Shown: piece after piece, positions 14,369-27,545 of the stretch | How the letters are laid out: each line of letters opens with the position of its first letter | Position numbering within the stretch: the first letter of the stretch is position 1 | Assembly (NCBI GenBank): GCA_951406725.2 | Contig: OX597824.1 | Coordinates: 58,466,001 to 58,530,000, forward strand | DNA length: 64,000 nucleotides | Direction: 5' to 3' | From: Octopus vulgaris | Taxonomy: Eukaryota | The notes under the pieces: model-generated | What the model was told of the DNA's origin: nothing | Seen by the model: only the letters and a program-made list of their open reading frames with translations | The model's database searches: none | Translations under genes and position numbers: made by a program

Positions 14369-14731
14369 TTGAATTTTCCTTTCGTTCCTTTGTCGTGCTT
14401 TCGTTTGCTTTTTCAAATTTATTTAATGTAACACTCCATTTAATGTAATACATCTTATATTTCACACCATATAGCAGGAATATTTTGTGCGACGGCTCTT
14501 TCTTTTTATAACCTGTGGGTCAACAAGGCTGCCAATGGTTTCCTGTAAAAAGAGATCTTTACAATTGTTCAGACGTACCACGTGAGAACGTTGGTACTCA
14601 TCTACATTTTGGAGTACCAACGTTGACATCTGTTTCGCTTGGACAATTGTTAACCTGAAAATAATGAATGTTTAACTACCAATATAGTATCAAGTACTCA
14701 TATTCTCACTTTTCCATTTTAACATGTGTGT

Positions 14732-14812
<81 letters not shown>

Positions 14813-15272
14813 TGGTAAAAACGGTAAGATAACAAAAGAAAGAAAGAGACCTGAATATTATGTAAATAGAGGAAATTATTGTATACTTCATTATGCTTTT
14901 TTTCTGTATTGTTACCCTTAACCATGTCTTTTCTTGTGCTTGTGCATATGTAGACGTATGTATGAACTTTTACGGTGCGCGTGTGTATGTATGAGTTTGT
15001 ATATATATGCATATATATTTGGCGAAAAATGCGAGTGAAGATGTGTACGTTTTCATAGTGATGTATACGTACGAACGTGGGTGCACGAACGTGGGTGCAC
15101 GAACGTGGGTGCGCGAGCGCACATGTATGCGTATGAGCAGGCATGCTTACGTGTTTACTATGAACTTTTAACCTATTTTAATTAGCGGTCATTGAATTAG
15201 CGCTTTTGAAGTAGCGGACTATAACACAGTAATTTCCCTTTATCGGTCTTTTTTCATAGCTTTTTTCAGATG

Positions 15273-15341
15273 GCCAGATAACTGAAGAGATGGTGTTGTG
15301 GTTTCCACCGCGGCATCCGAAACTCAGAGTTTTATCTTGGC
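15273..15341 (+). ncRNA. Type I hammerhead ribozyme motif
   Basis: gcca-gataa-CUGAAGA-gatg...catc-c-GAAA-ctcagag-UU-ttatc-ttggc; stem I 5+4 bp, GUU triplet, predicted cut after 15331. Confidence 0.75.
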
Positions 15342-15389
15342 TACCGATTAATCTGTATTATTTTACATATATATATATATATATGTACA

Positions 15390-16556
15390 TGCATGGTGTA
15401 CGTGCAAAACTTATTGGATATAAAAAGCATCCGAATTTACCAGCCTGTCATTCGTTTCCCGAACGCAGCAAGCGTGTCAAGACTGGCACGAAATCAGAAG
15501 GAACAAGCCATCGGACGTCTCAATGGTGGTCAACGTTCTTGAATCGAACTGCAGTATTCGAACAATTGAGCGGCTGAGGGAACGATACAATGCCATAGAT
15601 AGCACGGATGATCGTCCAGGCGGTGGCCGACCGTGGATTACAATGGCACGTCAAGATCGCCACTTACACCGACACCACATGCAGGACCGATTTCAGAGGG
15701 TAACGGAATCAGCTAGGCAGACCATAGGGACTCACCACAGATCCTTTTGTGCAAAGACAGCTCACCACCAGCTGATATCTTTCAATTTATCTTGTCGATG
15801 TCCGGCTAGGGGCTCCATCCTCACAGATGGTCATCAACGGGCATGTCTGCAGTGGGTTCAAAAACATCAGAATTGGTGATATCAGCAGTGGAGGATTATA
15901 GTTTTCTCTTACGAAAGTCGATATTGCATTTCTGTGGCAGACGACAGAGCTAGGGTTTGGAGAAGAAATGGTGAACGTCATGCCGATGGCTGTGTGATGG
16001 AGAGAGAGACTCACGTGGAGGACAGAGCATCATGGTATGGGGTGGGATTGCACTCAACCAGAAACCATCAGACAAGACTGGGAAAATGAGTCCTCACACT
16101 GTGTCATACTTTGCATGTCATCGGAATCACGTGTTCCATCACGACAACGCCCGTGCCTTACTGCTAGATTGACAAGAGACTTCCTTCAACAGTACAACAT
16201 CCAAACGCTGCCATTGCCCGCCCTAAGTCCGAACTTGAACACCATACAGCACTTGTGAGACAAAATCCAAAGATGGCTAAATGACGTCCGTCCAAGACTG
16301 ACAACTGCGTCACAACTCACTGCAAGTTTTAACAGAGTGTGGGCTGCTATCACCACAGCCTTCATTAAACATTTGGTACATTCAATGAACAGAAGATGCC
16401 TGGCGGTAATCAACGCTTCGGTGGTCACACGAGGTATTGAGTTCATTAGGAAAGAATGGTTTCTTAAGTGGCATTCTTCAATCAATGCCATAGCAATCCG
16501 TTAAGAAGCCCGTTTCTATTTAGTATGTATGCGACGTTTCTTTTGTGGTTCAGTTT
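15390..16556 (+). mobile_element. Degenerate Tc1-like transposon
   Basis: DRPGGGRP, RVWRRNGER, SIMVWGGI, HDNAR, PALSPNLNTIQHL in broken frames; right-TIR-like gtttcttttgtggttcagt. Confidence 0.85.
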
Positions 16557-16565
16557 ATATATATA

Positions 16566-16692
16566 CAGGGTGTCCCAAAAAATGTATACACACCTTAAAT
16601 AATTGTAAATTTGTTATTCTTTGTAAGCCTAGTACTTATTCTATCGTTCTCTTTTTCCGAACCACTATGTGTATACATTTTTTTGGGACACC

Positions 16693-16695
<3 letters not shown>
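16566..16695. mobile_element. Tc1/mariner-type MITE, 130 bp
   Basis: ~26-bp TIR cagggtgtcccaaaaaatgtatacac (1-nt indel), TA flanks; interior is a SINE-A fragment. Confidence 0.9.
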
Positions 16696-16757
<62 letters not shown>

Positions 16758-16861
16758 TACATTAAAAGGCTTCCAAATAAAGAAGCGAGTGCTAGATACA
16801 CAAAAAGGGGATAAATTTATGAAATGGAATGAAAATCAAAAACGCTTACCAACTCAGCTAA

Positions 16862-16936
16862 TCTTGTACCGCGGTTTCATCTCTTTTTTAGCAAATGAAT
16901 AGAATTTATCTGCCAAGGCCAGAATCATCAGCAAGA
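16862..16936 (-). ncRNA. Type I hammerhead ribozyme motif (copy 1)
   Basis: tcttg-CUGAUGA-long stem II-GAAA-ccgcgg-UA-caaga; perfect 5-bp stem I, palindromic ACCGCGGU stem III, GUA triplet. Confidence 0.8.
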
Positions 16937-17297
16937 GGCCTTTGTAATCCGAGATGTACATATCATTAGAAGCACGTGCAAATCTAACGATCTGTATGCC
17001 CTAACTTTTCAGACCAGTGCGCAGACGCAAATCATAACCGGCGACAGAGAGGATACCGGTAAAACATATACGAGCAAATTTATCGAGCATTATTTAAACA
17101 TAGTAAATAGGGTAATAAAAATAAATTATTATTACCAGTGACCTAGCACAAAAGACAAATTAGTCATTAGACTATATGTTATTCATATATAAGTACATTA
17201 AAATGCTTCCAAATAAAGAAGCGAGTGCTAGATACACAAAAAGGGGATAAATTTATGAAATGGAATGAAAATCAAAAACGCTTACCAACTCAGCTAA

Positions 17298-17372
17298 TCT
17301 TGTACCGCGGTTTCATCTCTTTTTTAGTAAATGGATAGAATTTATCTGCCAAGGCCAGAATCATCAGCAAGA
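17298..17372 (-). ncRNA. Type I hammerhead ribozyme motif (copy 2)
   Basis: Same core and stems I/III as copy 1; two substitutions in distal stem II. Confidence 0.8.
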
Positions 17373-17629
17373 AGCCTTTGTAATCCGAGATGTACATATC
17401 ATTAGAAGCACGTGCAAATCTAACGATCTGTATACCCTAACATACACAAACTCATTAGAGAAAATAATTATTGCCTGAGTGTATCAAGAATATAAAACAA
17501 CTGCAGTTGAAAGGTGTAAATACACATGCAACAATTCATACATGTGCCTAATTTATTTATATTAATAATTTTGAAAAGGAAGTTTTACAACACCAACTAT
17601 AAAACACGGACTGCCTTTTGTAGCTTTAA

Positions 17630-17910
17630 GCCGTATGAGATTAGGCTGGTTTCAGTAATGGAGAGCGCAATTGAAAGGAAACATCGCGTCGGAAAGGTTG
17701 GTATTTAGTTACCAGTTCTTGTATTTAGTCACGGCCAACTTTATGTGGCCTTAAGTCTTACAAGAAGGAAGGAAAACTTAAAAATTATTTTGAAAGAATA
17801 AAGCAGTGCAGATAGATTTAAAAAAAAAAAAAATGGTAATAAAAGAATTATTAAACTAAAAACTTGGTTTTGTACCTTATTTATATATGACGGCACGGGC
17901 CAGTTAGTTA
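17630..17910 (+). mobile_element. Helitron 3' fragment (PIF1-type helicase C-terminus)
   Basis: KVGI*LPVLVFSHGQLYVALS at about 17693-17757; gcacggg...tagt end near 17894-17910. Confidence 0.7.
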
Positions 17911-18376
17911 TATAATAAGGTTAATTCCTTTACAAGGATTTAATATATTGAATAAATAATTACTTAACTATCCTATCTGAAATTTTCAAGCTAAGTTATC
18001 AAGCGCAGTCATCAATAATTGTATATATTAATGATTAGAATAATTTTTCAAATATTATACAAGGTTAATGTATTTAATGCGTTAAATACATATGTAATAA
18101 TTATTGCAACGTAAAGTATCTAAGTTTCTGTTAAGAATAACATGGAATTGTTATCTGTAGTTTTTATTCTTCAGTTATTCAGCAACGTCATCAACGTCCT
18201 TTTTAGGTTAGTTTTCAGATTATTTTTATATAGATTTCTAATTCTCAAAAAATATAGAATTAGTATAGTATCTTTTATCTTTTATTTGGATTTCATCATC
18301 TGTAACTTTACTCATTATGAAGTCTCCATTAATTGAATGCCATTTCTTAAAAAACGTTTATTTTTTTTATTTTTGG

Positions 18377-18427
<51 letters not shown>

Positions 18428-18618
18428 TTATTTGACTGTGGCCATGCTGGAGCATCGCCCTTACTCGAACAAACCGACCCCATTACTTATTCTTTGTAAG
18501 ATTAGAACTTACTCTATCGGTCTCTTTTGCCGAGCCGCTAAGTTACAGCATCGGTTGTCAAGCGATGGTGGGGGACAAACACAGACACACAAACATACAC
18601 ACACACATACATACACAC

Positions 18619-18668
<50 letters not shown>

Positions 18669-18830
18669 GACGGGCTTCTTTCAGTTTCCGTCTATCAAAT
18701 CTACTCACAAGGCTGTGGTCGGCTCGCTACTATAATAGAAGACACTTGCCCAAGGTGCCACGCAGTGGGACTGAACCCGGAACCATGTGGTTGGTAAGCA
18801 AGCCACTTACCACACAGCCACGCCTGCGCC
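18428..18830 (-). mobile_element. SINE family A
   Basis: Near full-length match to 2449-2830; B box ggttcagtcc. Confidence 0.85.
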
Positions 18831-19117
18831 TGTAGTTATTCAATAACGTCGCTATTGGTTCAATGAATGAATGAAATTGATTTAGCCGTTTCTTTTTGTT
18901 AACATTTATTAACTGTTAAAAAGTTTTTTCAGATGTTCAGCTGGAATTTCCCCAATTTGGATTACCTTGATAATGTAAAAACCTTGATATTTTCGTAGAT
19001 ATTATTACGGGGACGTAAACACACAAACATTGGTTCTCAAGCTTGTGGGGGACAAACACACACAAAAATACATACTAATATATATATTATATTATATTAT
19101 ATTATATTATATTATAT

Positions 19118-19217
<100 letters not shown>

Positions 19218-19280
19218 TGATTGATTCTAGTTTCAGCTCACGAGCTGTGGCCATGCTGGTGCACCACATATATATATATA

Positions 19281-19690
19281 CGGAACAAAAACGCAATAGA
19301 AGGCATTAAAACGTTCGGGCAGATAAATGACACAGAGGCGGACAAGAGAAACAACAATTAGAAGGAAAGGCAAAAAAAGACGGGTCATTCGTGCCCTTCT
19401 TTCTTCAGTCATGTACCAGACGTCAATACCGTTTCGGGCAGTTACACTTGAGTTGGTTTGATCTGGTTGTCCCAAAAAATGTCTAAGCTAAGAACATTAA
19501 GACCCTTTGTAAGAAACCTTGTGAATGTGTACGGCAACAAAGAAAAAAACAAACAAAAAAACGGAGAACATGGTACAGAAACACGAATACAAAGAACAAG
19601 AAATAACAACATGCGTCTTTTGACTGAGAACATTTCAAATTGAGCTAGTGTGTATGGATTGAAAGCCTAAAGGCAGGAACATGGGAGATG
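19281..19690 (-). repeat. Interspersed (TA)n-adjacent repeat, reverse complement of 35170-35540
   Basis: Shared blocks ataacaac..gtcttt.gact and gactga.gaaa...cgaatgac.cgtc. Confidence 0.7.
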
Positions 19691-19749
19691 GACACATACA
19701 TACATATATACATGCATATATACATACATACACACACACATACACACAC

Positions 19750-19795
<46 letters not shown>

Positions 19796-19886
19796 ATATA
19801 TATTTGTGTGTGTGTATATGTTAATGCAATTGAAACAATTGCCGGATTTTTAAGGTGTGATCTAAAATAAAGTTATTATTTGTTGT

Positions 19887-19917
<31 letters not shown>

Positions 19918-20297
19918 TACGCGTGTGCACACACACACACGACAGGCTTCTTTTAGTTTCTGCCAACCAACTCCAATCAAAAGGCTTTGATCTGCTAGTG
20001 AACTATAGTAGAAGTTACTTATGCAAACAACCACAGAGTAGGACTCTACCTAAAACCATGTGGTTGTGGAGCAAACGTCTAACCATAGTGCCACTCCTGT
20101 GCCTATATCTTTGTACTAATGATAGAAAACAATGTATTTTAAGGAGAAAGGATTAATTAATCTTGGTTATTAATTGACATTAAAGAACAACATTACATCC
20201 TTTCTGTTTTAAATTGACAAATATGGGATTTTCTGTGTGTGTTAGGGTGGTTGATGAGTGGGTGCCTGTTTATACACACATACACATACATGTGTAT

Positions 20298-20348
<51 letters not shown>

Positions 20349-20391
20349 TATCTATATGTGATATGTATGCTTATGTATTCCTTTCTTATAT

Positions 20392-20665
20392 TCTTTTACT
20401 TGTTTCGGTCACTTGACTGCGACCATGCTGAACAAATCAACTCCAGGACTTATTTCTTGTAAGCCTAGTACTCATTCTATCGGTCTGTTTTGCCGAATTG
20501 CTAAGTTTGCCTAACCGCTAAGGGACGTAAACACGCCAACATCGGTTGTCAAGTGATGGTGGAGTGACAAACACAGACACACAAATACACACATACATAA
20601 ACGATGGGCTTCTTCTAGTTTCCGTCAACCAAGTCTACTCACAGGGCTTTGGTCGGCCCAGTGGA
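20392..20665 (-). mobile_element. SINE family A, 5'-truncated
   Basis: Matches the 3' two-thirds of family A. Confidence 0.8.
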
Positions 20666-20858
20666 AGACCAGTTTTCGTTTTTGAGTTAAAACAAGATTT
20701 CATTTAGAACAAAGTACTAAAGGAAAGCAAAATCGAGGAGGAGAAATGAAAACAGTTCTTGTGATTTAATCCCCTTTAAACATAGGCTTCATTTGATTTA
20801 ATTCTTCACAAACAAAACACCAATACGCATCTCTGTGCTTTATATATATATATATATA

Positions 20859-21051
20859 CAGGGTTGTCCAAAAGTCACCTAACAGTAAAGCAAACCTATT
20901 TAATAAAAGCACCTAAATATGAAACATCATGAAAATTGTTCAAATTGAAGTCTTTCTTGAGCGCCACATTTTTCCATTCGAGTGAGTACAGAATTACCGA
21001 TAGTATATATGGGATTTTGATTTACTGTCGGGTGAAATTTGGCTCGCCCTG
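20859..21051. mobile_element. Tc1/mariner-type MITE, older
   Basis: Imperfect ~36-bp TIRs caggg...ccaaa..tcacc..acagtaaa.caaa; TA on both sides. Confidence 0.75.
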
Positions 21052-21164
21052 TAAAATACGACACATGCATACAATCTATGACGTTTCCTCTAAATTAATT
21101 TCCATTTAAATGTAATTCTTCTTTTAATCCAATGCATTGTTAATATGGACATGACATAAAACCT

Positions 21165-21200
21165 CTACTGAAGAGATCTGAAACAGAGAAACGTACGTAG
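21165..21200 (+). ncRNA. Hammerhead-like motif with broken stem I
   Basis: CUGAAGA-ga-tctg(aaa)caga-GAAA-cgtacg-UA; palindromic ACGUACGU. Confidence 0.45.
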
Positions 21201-21216
21201 TTACGAAAAACAAAAT

Positions 21217-21265
<49 letters not shown>

Positions 21266-21310
21266 GTGTGTACGTGTGTGCGCGTGTGTATATATATATG
21301 TATGTATATG

Positions 21311-21346
<36 letters not shown>

Positions 21347-22595
21347 CATATATATATGATAATGGACTCTCCTGTTGAAAATGACGTACGAACATTCAGT
21401 TTTTGCCGAATTGTGCGTATGTGCGTGTGTATATATTTACACATACATACATACACGCACACAGATACACACACAGACACACACACAGACACATATACAC
21501 GCATTTGTATTCTGAGCAAATTCTTTCACTCTTTTCTTGCCTCATTATCTGACTCTCACCTAATGAAACTTTCTTTAATTGCTATTACCCACATTTCATC
21601 CTTTGTCTCTTGCTGTTTCTCATTTGATCTGCCTGTCTGTCCTCTCTATATCTCTTTTTGCCCTCCCTCATTTTATTTGCTCTCTCTTTCCCTCACCCCC
21701 TATCTCTCCCACTCTGCATGTTAGTCTATATCGCTGTCTTTTGTTAATTACCATCTTTTGTCAATGCGGTGACTAACTAGGGTTTTTCCATCTCCCCCAT
21801 TAAAACTCACACCTACGCGTGCGCACACGTACATACACACATACACACCCGCACACTTTCTCCTACATGTCGCACGCAATCATCAACACACGTACATCCA
21901 ATTATGCATACACAATCATATAGACAGGCACTCAGTAACATGCGCACATTCATACATTTATCAAATTACGAACATACAACCATGCACATATATATGAAGT
22001 AACATATACAAACATATACATCTAGTTGCATTCATGCACACATACATGCAAACATGCAAACACATACCTGCAAACATGCACACATACATGCAAACATGCG
22101 CACATATATATAATAATATGCGAATACAGAAGCACACAAATATTTGCATACATTCTTACATATTACAAGCATGTATTTACATACATATACAAACTCAGTC
22201 GTACATAGATGAATATAGCTATACACACGTAGCTAACTACACAATCACAGCCACGTACACAGAACTACATACACACAGTTGTGTTTACACAATAGCATAC
22301 ATACAGCCACATGCACGTAGCTACATAGATAGAATTACGCACATTAACAGTACACATCTACATACGCATAATTACACATGCATACAAAAAATTTATGCAA
22401 ACACAAACACACTTTTATATACAGAAACATGCACACAGTTACGAACATACAATTACATACTCATAGCTACAAACACATGACTAAATCAGCTCCTTACGCA
22501 CACAATTAGACACACACACACATACATACACGTATAAACATACATACACATACATGCACATATACACACGCATACACACGCTTATACGCACAGAT

Positions 22596-22627
<32 letters not shown>

Positions 22628-25352
22628 ACACAAGTGATTTTATAATAAATGATTCTCATAATTATGTTTACTTGTGAGGTTTCCATAACATTTTGACATA
22701 ATGCCGAGAGCGATGATAATAAGTAAAATATGTGAAGCATCACCACGTGGGAATTATTAGCACTCTTTTAGAGTGGGGTGGGGCACTTGGATCATAGAAG
22801 AAGACCTTGTCAAAGAATAACTTACTAATACTTGCATTGCTTCTAACTTTTCTTTGAATTTTTGTTTATTTTGTCTTTCATTTTTTGCACACTTTGTTTT
22901 TCGCTTTGTTTTTGTCAGTATATTTTTTAACTATCTTCTCTCTGTCTTGAAATATATCAACCATAGAGTAAAGTTATGTTAAAGCTACATCGCCACAATT
23001 AACTACAATCAGCAGCGATTCCACATTCACCATAACCTCCTTCAGAACCTCCCCCGTCAACAGCATTATCATTATCCTCACCACTACCGCCGCCATCGCC
23101 ACCACCGCCGTCGCCACCACCGCCGTCGCCACCACCGCCGTCACCACCACTAGTCATCATCATCAACACCACTACCTTTACAATCACCATCACTATTATC
23201 GTCAACATCATCATCATCTTCATCATCATAATCATCATAATCATCATCATCATCATCATCATCAGCTACTGTAACATCGCCATCGTCACTTTCAACCATC
23301 CACTACCTCACCATTAGAGTAACTAAAAGTTTTTTTTTAAACAAGAATATTCTTAGAATTAAAACAAACAAACCATGATGAAATAACTATTACTGATTCG
23401 TCTGAAAATTACACAAAAACCAATTATAGATTTATCTAATTTGAGGGCATAGTAATTTGACAATAGATAGTCAAACAACAATAAATTTCACCAGAATTTG
23501 TATTTCCGTTAGTGATTTGGATATCAAAGTAATCTTTCATGTGAGGAAATAATGATTTGCTTTCGATGACTAAAAGTATATTAATTATTTTGATGTAGCA
23601 AAGGCTAAATTAGATTCTACTAGAATTTGTGAGCGTTTGACCTTTATGATGTACATTTGTTGAACACTTTAATAATGATGATGATGCTAACATATCGATA
23701 CGTATAAATGTGGCACCGAAAACACCATTTATTTTTGTCACCTTCTTAAGTCAAAACACCGTATTTAAAGGAGACCAGTGAACAAACCAACTTATTACTT
23801 CAGCAATCAAATATGAAGTCATATAATTCAAAAGTGGGGAATAAAGTAAGAGACAAGGAGAAGAAAGAGGAGGGAGAGAAAGAGAGAGGGGGAGAGTGAG
23901 GGGAGAGATTGAGTGAGAGACTATGTTTACAACAGAAGGAATGTTGATACACACCGCATCTTGTTCAACATAGACATTATCATAAGGACGTTCGTAGAAA
24001 ATGTGGAGCCCGGTCTATTGGTTAAGGTGTCACTCATGATGATATAGCTATGAACTCGATTCTTCGATCATGCAGTGCGTTGTGTTCCTAAATAAGGCAC
24101 TTCAAAGTGTGTTCTAGCCTTGTTATGATGCAATTTTTCTATCTACAGCGGTTACATCCTTGTTGTTTCTTTGAGTCAAGTATTAGGAAGGCTGAGAAAG
24201 AGTGACTGTCTGCTAAAGACTACAAGGGCACCTGAGACAATTGGGGAAAGCATGACATAAGGTATCAAGTGATACTAGCTTGTGGATGATAGTTCTTGAC
24301 AAATAATCAAGACACGTAATCAATTACAATGATGTTTAAACTTTGAATGTATTATAACTTTGATAATTGTCTTTCTTAGTTAATCAGGATAATTTGTAAT
24401 ATTTTCTGGAATATATATATAATACGATGATTACTGGTAAAGCAATTGCCTTTTATATAAAACAAACTGAATATGCAAACATAACACACAAATATATAGA
24501 TGTAAGTGCGTGTATGTGTACGTAAGTGTGTATATCTATGTATGTGTGTGTGTGTGTGTGTGTGTGTAAGGATGGTGGGGTTGATTGTTAAGCCACATAC
24601 TCAGACTAAAGTATATTTATTTATAAAACATGTGGGAACTAAAAGAAACATACACTCTAGCTGCAATAAACAACTACAAATGTGGAACGTACACTAAAAG
24701 TGCAGACATATTTTATATACTTATATATGTTTGTGCGTGCGTGTGTGTGTGTATGCATGTTTTCGTGTATGCCTGTATGTATGACTGTATGTATGTATGT
24801 ATGTATGTATGTATGTATGTATGTATGTATGTATGTATGTATGTATGCATATATGCGTGGACATATGTGCACATAATGCTCTGTATAAATCTATATGTGT
24901 ATATTTCAAATCACTTATATACACACGCCCTCACACTTTTGTAAATTAAGGCTACATATGTTGATATACATACATACATACATACATACATACATACATA
25001 CATACATACATACATACATACATACATACATACATACATACATACATACATACATACATACGTATGTACGTATGTATATATATATATATATATGTACGTG
25101 TGTATGTGTGATGTGTGTGAATATGTGTGCGTATGTAAGGAAGTAAATGTAAAAGACTGGCTGTGTTTATATGAATACCATTTAAACTAACAAATAAGCC
25201 CTAAAGAAACAGAATGGTAAGAGCTTGATGGAAGTCATTCCCTCATGGAGAAGAGAAAAGAGAAGAGAGTGCGGAGACGGAAGCACATATGCACGCGCAC
25301 CCTCTTGACGTTCATACACAACACTCGCAGAAACGCATATACAGGCATGTGT

Positions 25353-25383
<31 letters not shown>

Positions 25384-25500
25384 CATGTACGTATTATGTA
25401 CATATTCATACATATATACATTATTATATATACATATATGCATATATTTGTATATATATATGTATATACATATGTGTATATATATATATATAAGTTTTAA

Positions 25501-25568
<68 letters not shown>

Positions 25569-26244
25569 TGTGAGTAATCCACATTTTCATGGCATTTTCT
25601 TTGACTTCTTCTGCCTGATAACTTCTCAGCTGGTTTCGGAGACTAGTTCCACACGTGTAAACATTCTTGCGTGTTTGGATTTCAAGATTAGAATCCAATC
25701 TTTTATAAGTTATCCAAAGTTCTGTTTCCTAAGTTAACATTGCTGGCCTCCAAGGACCAATCAGAGGAAATGTCTGCCTTGGATTTCTCAGTCAAGCCAT
25801 CTTGAGCTGTTCTGGAGCGAATAAAGAAAGAAAAACAACAAGCATATGAATCGGGAACGAAGTTTATGGGAAATGATGGAATGTTTTTTACTGCGAGGAT
25901 ATGAAGATGTGTGTGTGTATGTGTGTAATTGCGAATAAATGTGTGTGCGTTTTGTAAAAGTTTATTTTTCTGAACAAATTTATGAGGGAAAAGAAATATG
26001 ATGAAAATAACATGTGGGTAAGGGAGGAGGAAAGATGAGAAAGAGAGGTAGAAAATGTATGTGCTTGTGTCCGTGCGTGCGCGCTGTTGTGTGTGGGTTC
26101 GTGTGTTCGTGTGAATGCAGGCATGAAGATTGCAAACATGACGTGAAGCTAGATGGAAATAAAGAAATGTGTGGCGGTGGTTGGAGCAGCAATTGTGCAC
26201 TGTGTGTTCAGGTGTGAAGATTAAAACTGAGTATTTAAATTAAT

Positions 26245-26390
26245 CCTTTCTAATATAGGCTCAAGACCTAAAAGTCTGAAGGAGGGGCTAGTCGATTACA
26301 ATGACCACAGTACTCAACTAGCACTTATTTCATCGACCCCGAAATTATGAAAGCAAGGTCGAGCTCGGTGGAAATTGAAATTAGAACGGA
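26245..26390 (-). mobile_element. SINE family B fragment
   Basis: Reverse complement of ccgagctcgaccttgctttcat..ttcggggtcgatgaaataagt. Confidence 0.65.
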
Positions 26391-26484
26391 GTCTCTAAAT
26401 TAATAAAAGTGAAATTAATAAAGTAACGAAATGAAGAAGGAAAGCAAACAGTCCGATATCAATTATTTCTTATTATACCTTTAA

Positions 26485-26695
26485 GTCGGCGAAGTGGCAG
26501 AATCGTAGCACGTCGGGCAAAATGCTTGGCGGCATTTCGTTCGTCTTTACATCCTTTGTTCAAATTCCGCTGAGGTCAACTTTGCCTTTCATCCTTTCGG
26601 ATTCAAAAAAATAAGTACTAGTCAAACACCGGGTCGATGTAATACATTTACTCTTCCTCCAAAATTGCTGGCGTTGTTGCAATATTTGAAACCAT
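26485..26695 (+). mobile_element. SINE family B (tRNA-like head; central domain possibly Meta-type)
   Basis: tggcagaatcgtagc, gttcaaattcc B box, gtcaactttgcctttcatcctttcgg. Confidence 0.75.
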
Positions 26696-27059
26696 CATAT
26701 CTTGCTTTACATGGATTATTGTAAGACGCACATGCCCAAACTCATACCTACACTTATCATTTTTTGCCGAGTAGGTATAGTTTTTTTAACATTCTAACCT
26801 AATGTACCTCCCTCAACCACAAATGTTTAGAAGCTACGTTTGTTTTGAACTATCATGTCCGTGGTACTCTCATCTCTGTTTATATTCTACCCAGACTTTT
26901 ATAATTCTTCTTCACTGCATTCAATTTCTATTTTGTTTTAAACTAGTTTTCAGTTGAAGTTGAAACTGTTCTTGATTTACAGAAAGATTAAAAAACAACA
27001 GGTTCTTTGTGACTTTAAGCCAAAATTAGTTAGCAAAAATATTGAAATGAGTGGCAGTA

Positions 27060-27545
27060 TCCACATCAAGAGGAGTAGGAAAAGTCTGGGGAAGAATAAA
27101 GACAGCGATGGGAAATCCACAGAAGAAATCTTTCAAAACTATAAACGTAGCATCTGAATATTTGTAATGGGGGAGGAGACATATCCGGTTAGGTGGTAGT
27201 CAAGATCTACAAGAAAAAAAAGACTGGAAGGAATCAGGAAATGATAATATCCCAACCTTCTCGTTGAAATATTTGACAAGGAGGTATAAGGTACTAGCAA
27301 AAATATTCAATTACCTATTGGAAAAGCCGGAAAGAACACCTGACTGGCTCAGTGAAGGGAAAAACCATGTTAATCCCCGAGAGTTGAGGAACAAAAAATA
27401 CACTAAAACGTAGAGCTGCGATCATCCCACCCACTTTCACAGCTTACAAAAGGACTTAAGCGCAATAACATAGGAGAGGATAAATAAATACTTTCAAAAA
27501 CTCATGCCCAGAAGGGATGATGTAAAGGCTCATATGGTTACATAT
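27060..27545 (+). mobile_element. Degenerate R4/Dong-type RT N-terminal fragment
   Basis: DWKESGNDNIPTF..., PDWLSEGK resemble WKAPGPDGIP...PEWLTEGRT. Confidence 0.55.

Larger units (their letters stand above)
16755..17441 (-). repeat. Direct repeat, 2 x 251 bp, period 436 bp, each copy with a hammerhead (retrozyme-like)
   Basis: 16755-17005 versus 17191-17441, about 5 substitutions. Confidence 0.92.

Noticed and set aside
22999-23262. Met/Gly-rich ORF (GGGDGGG)
   Set aside because: Product of a (CAT)n tract and a 15-bp GC-rich minisatellite
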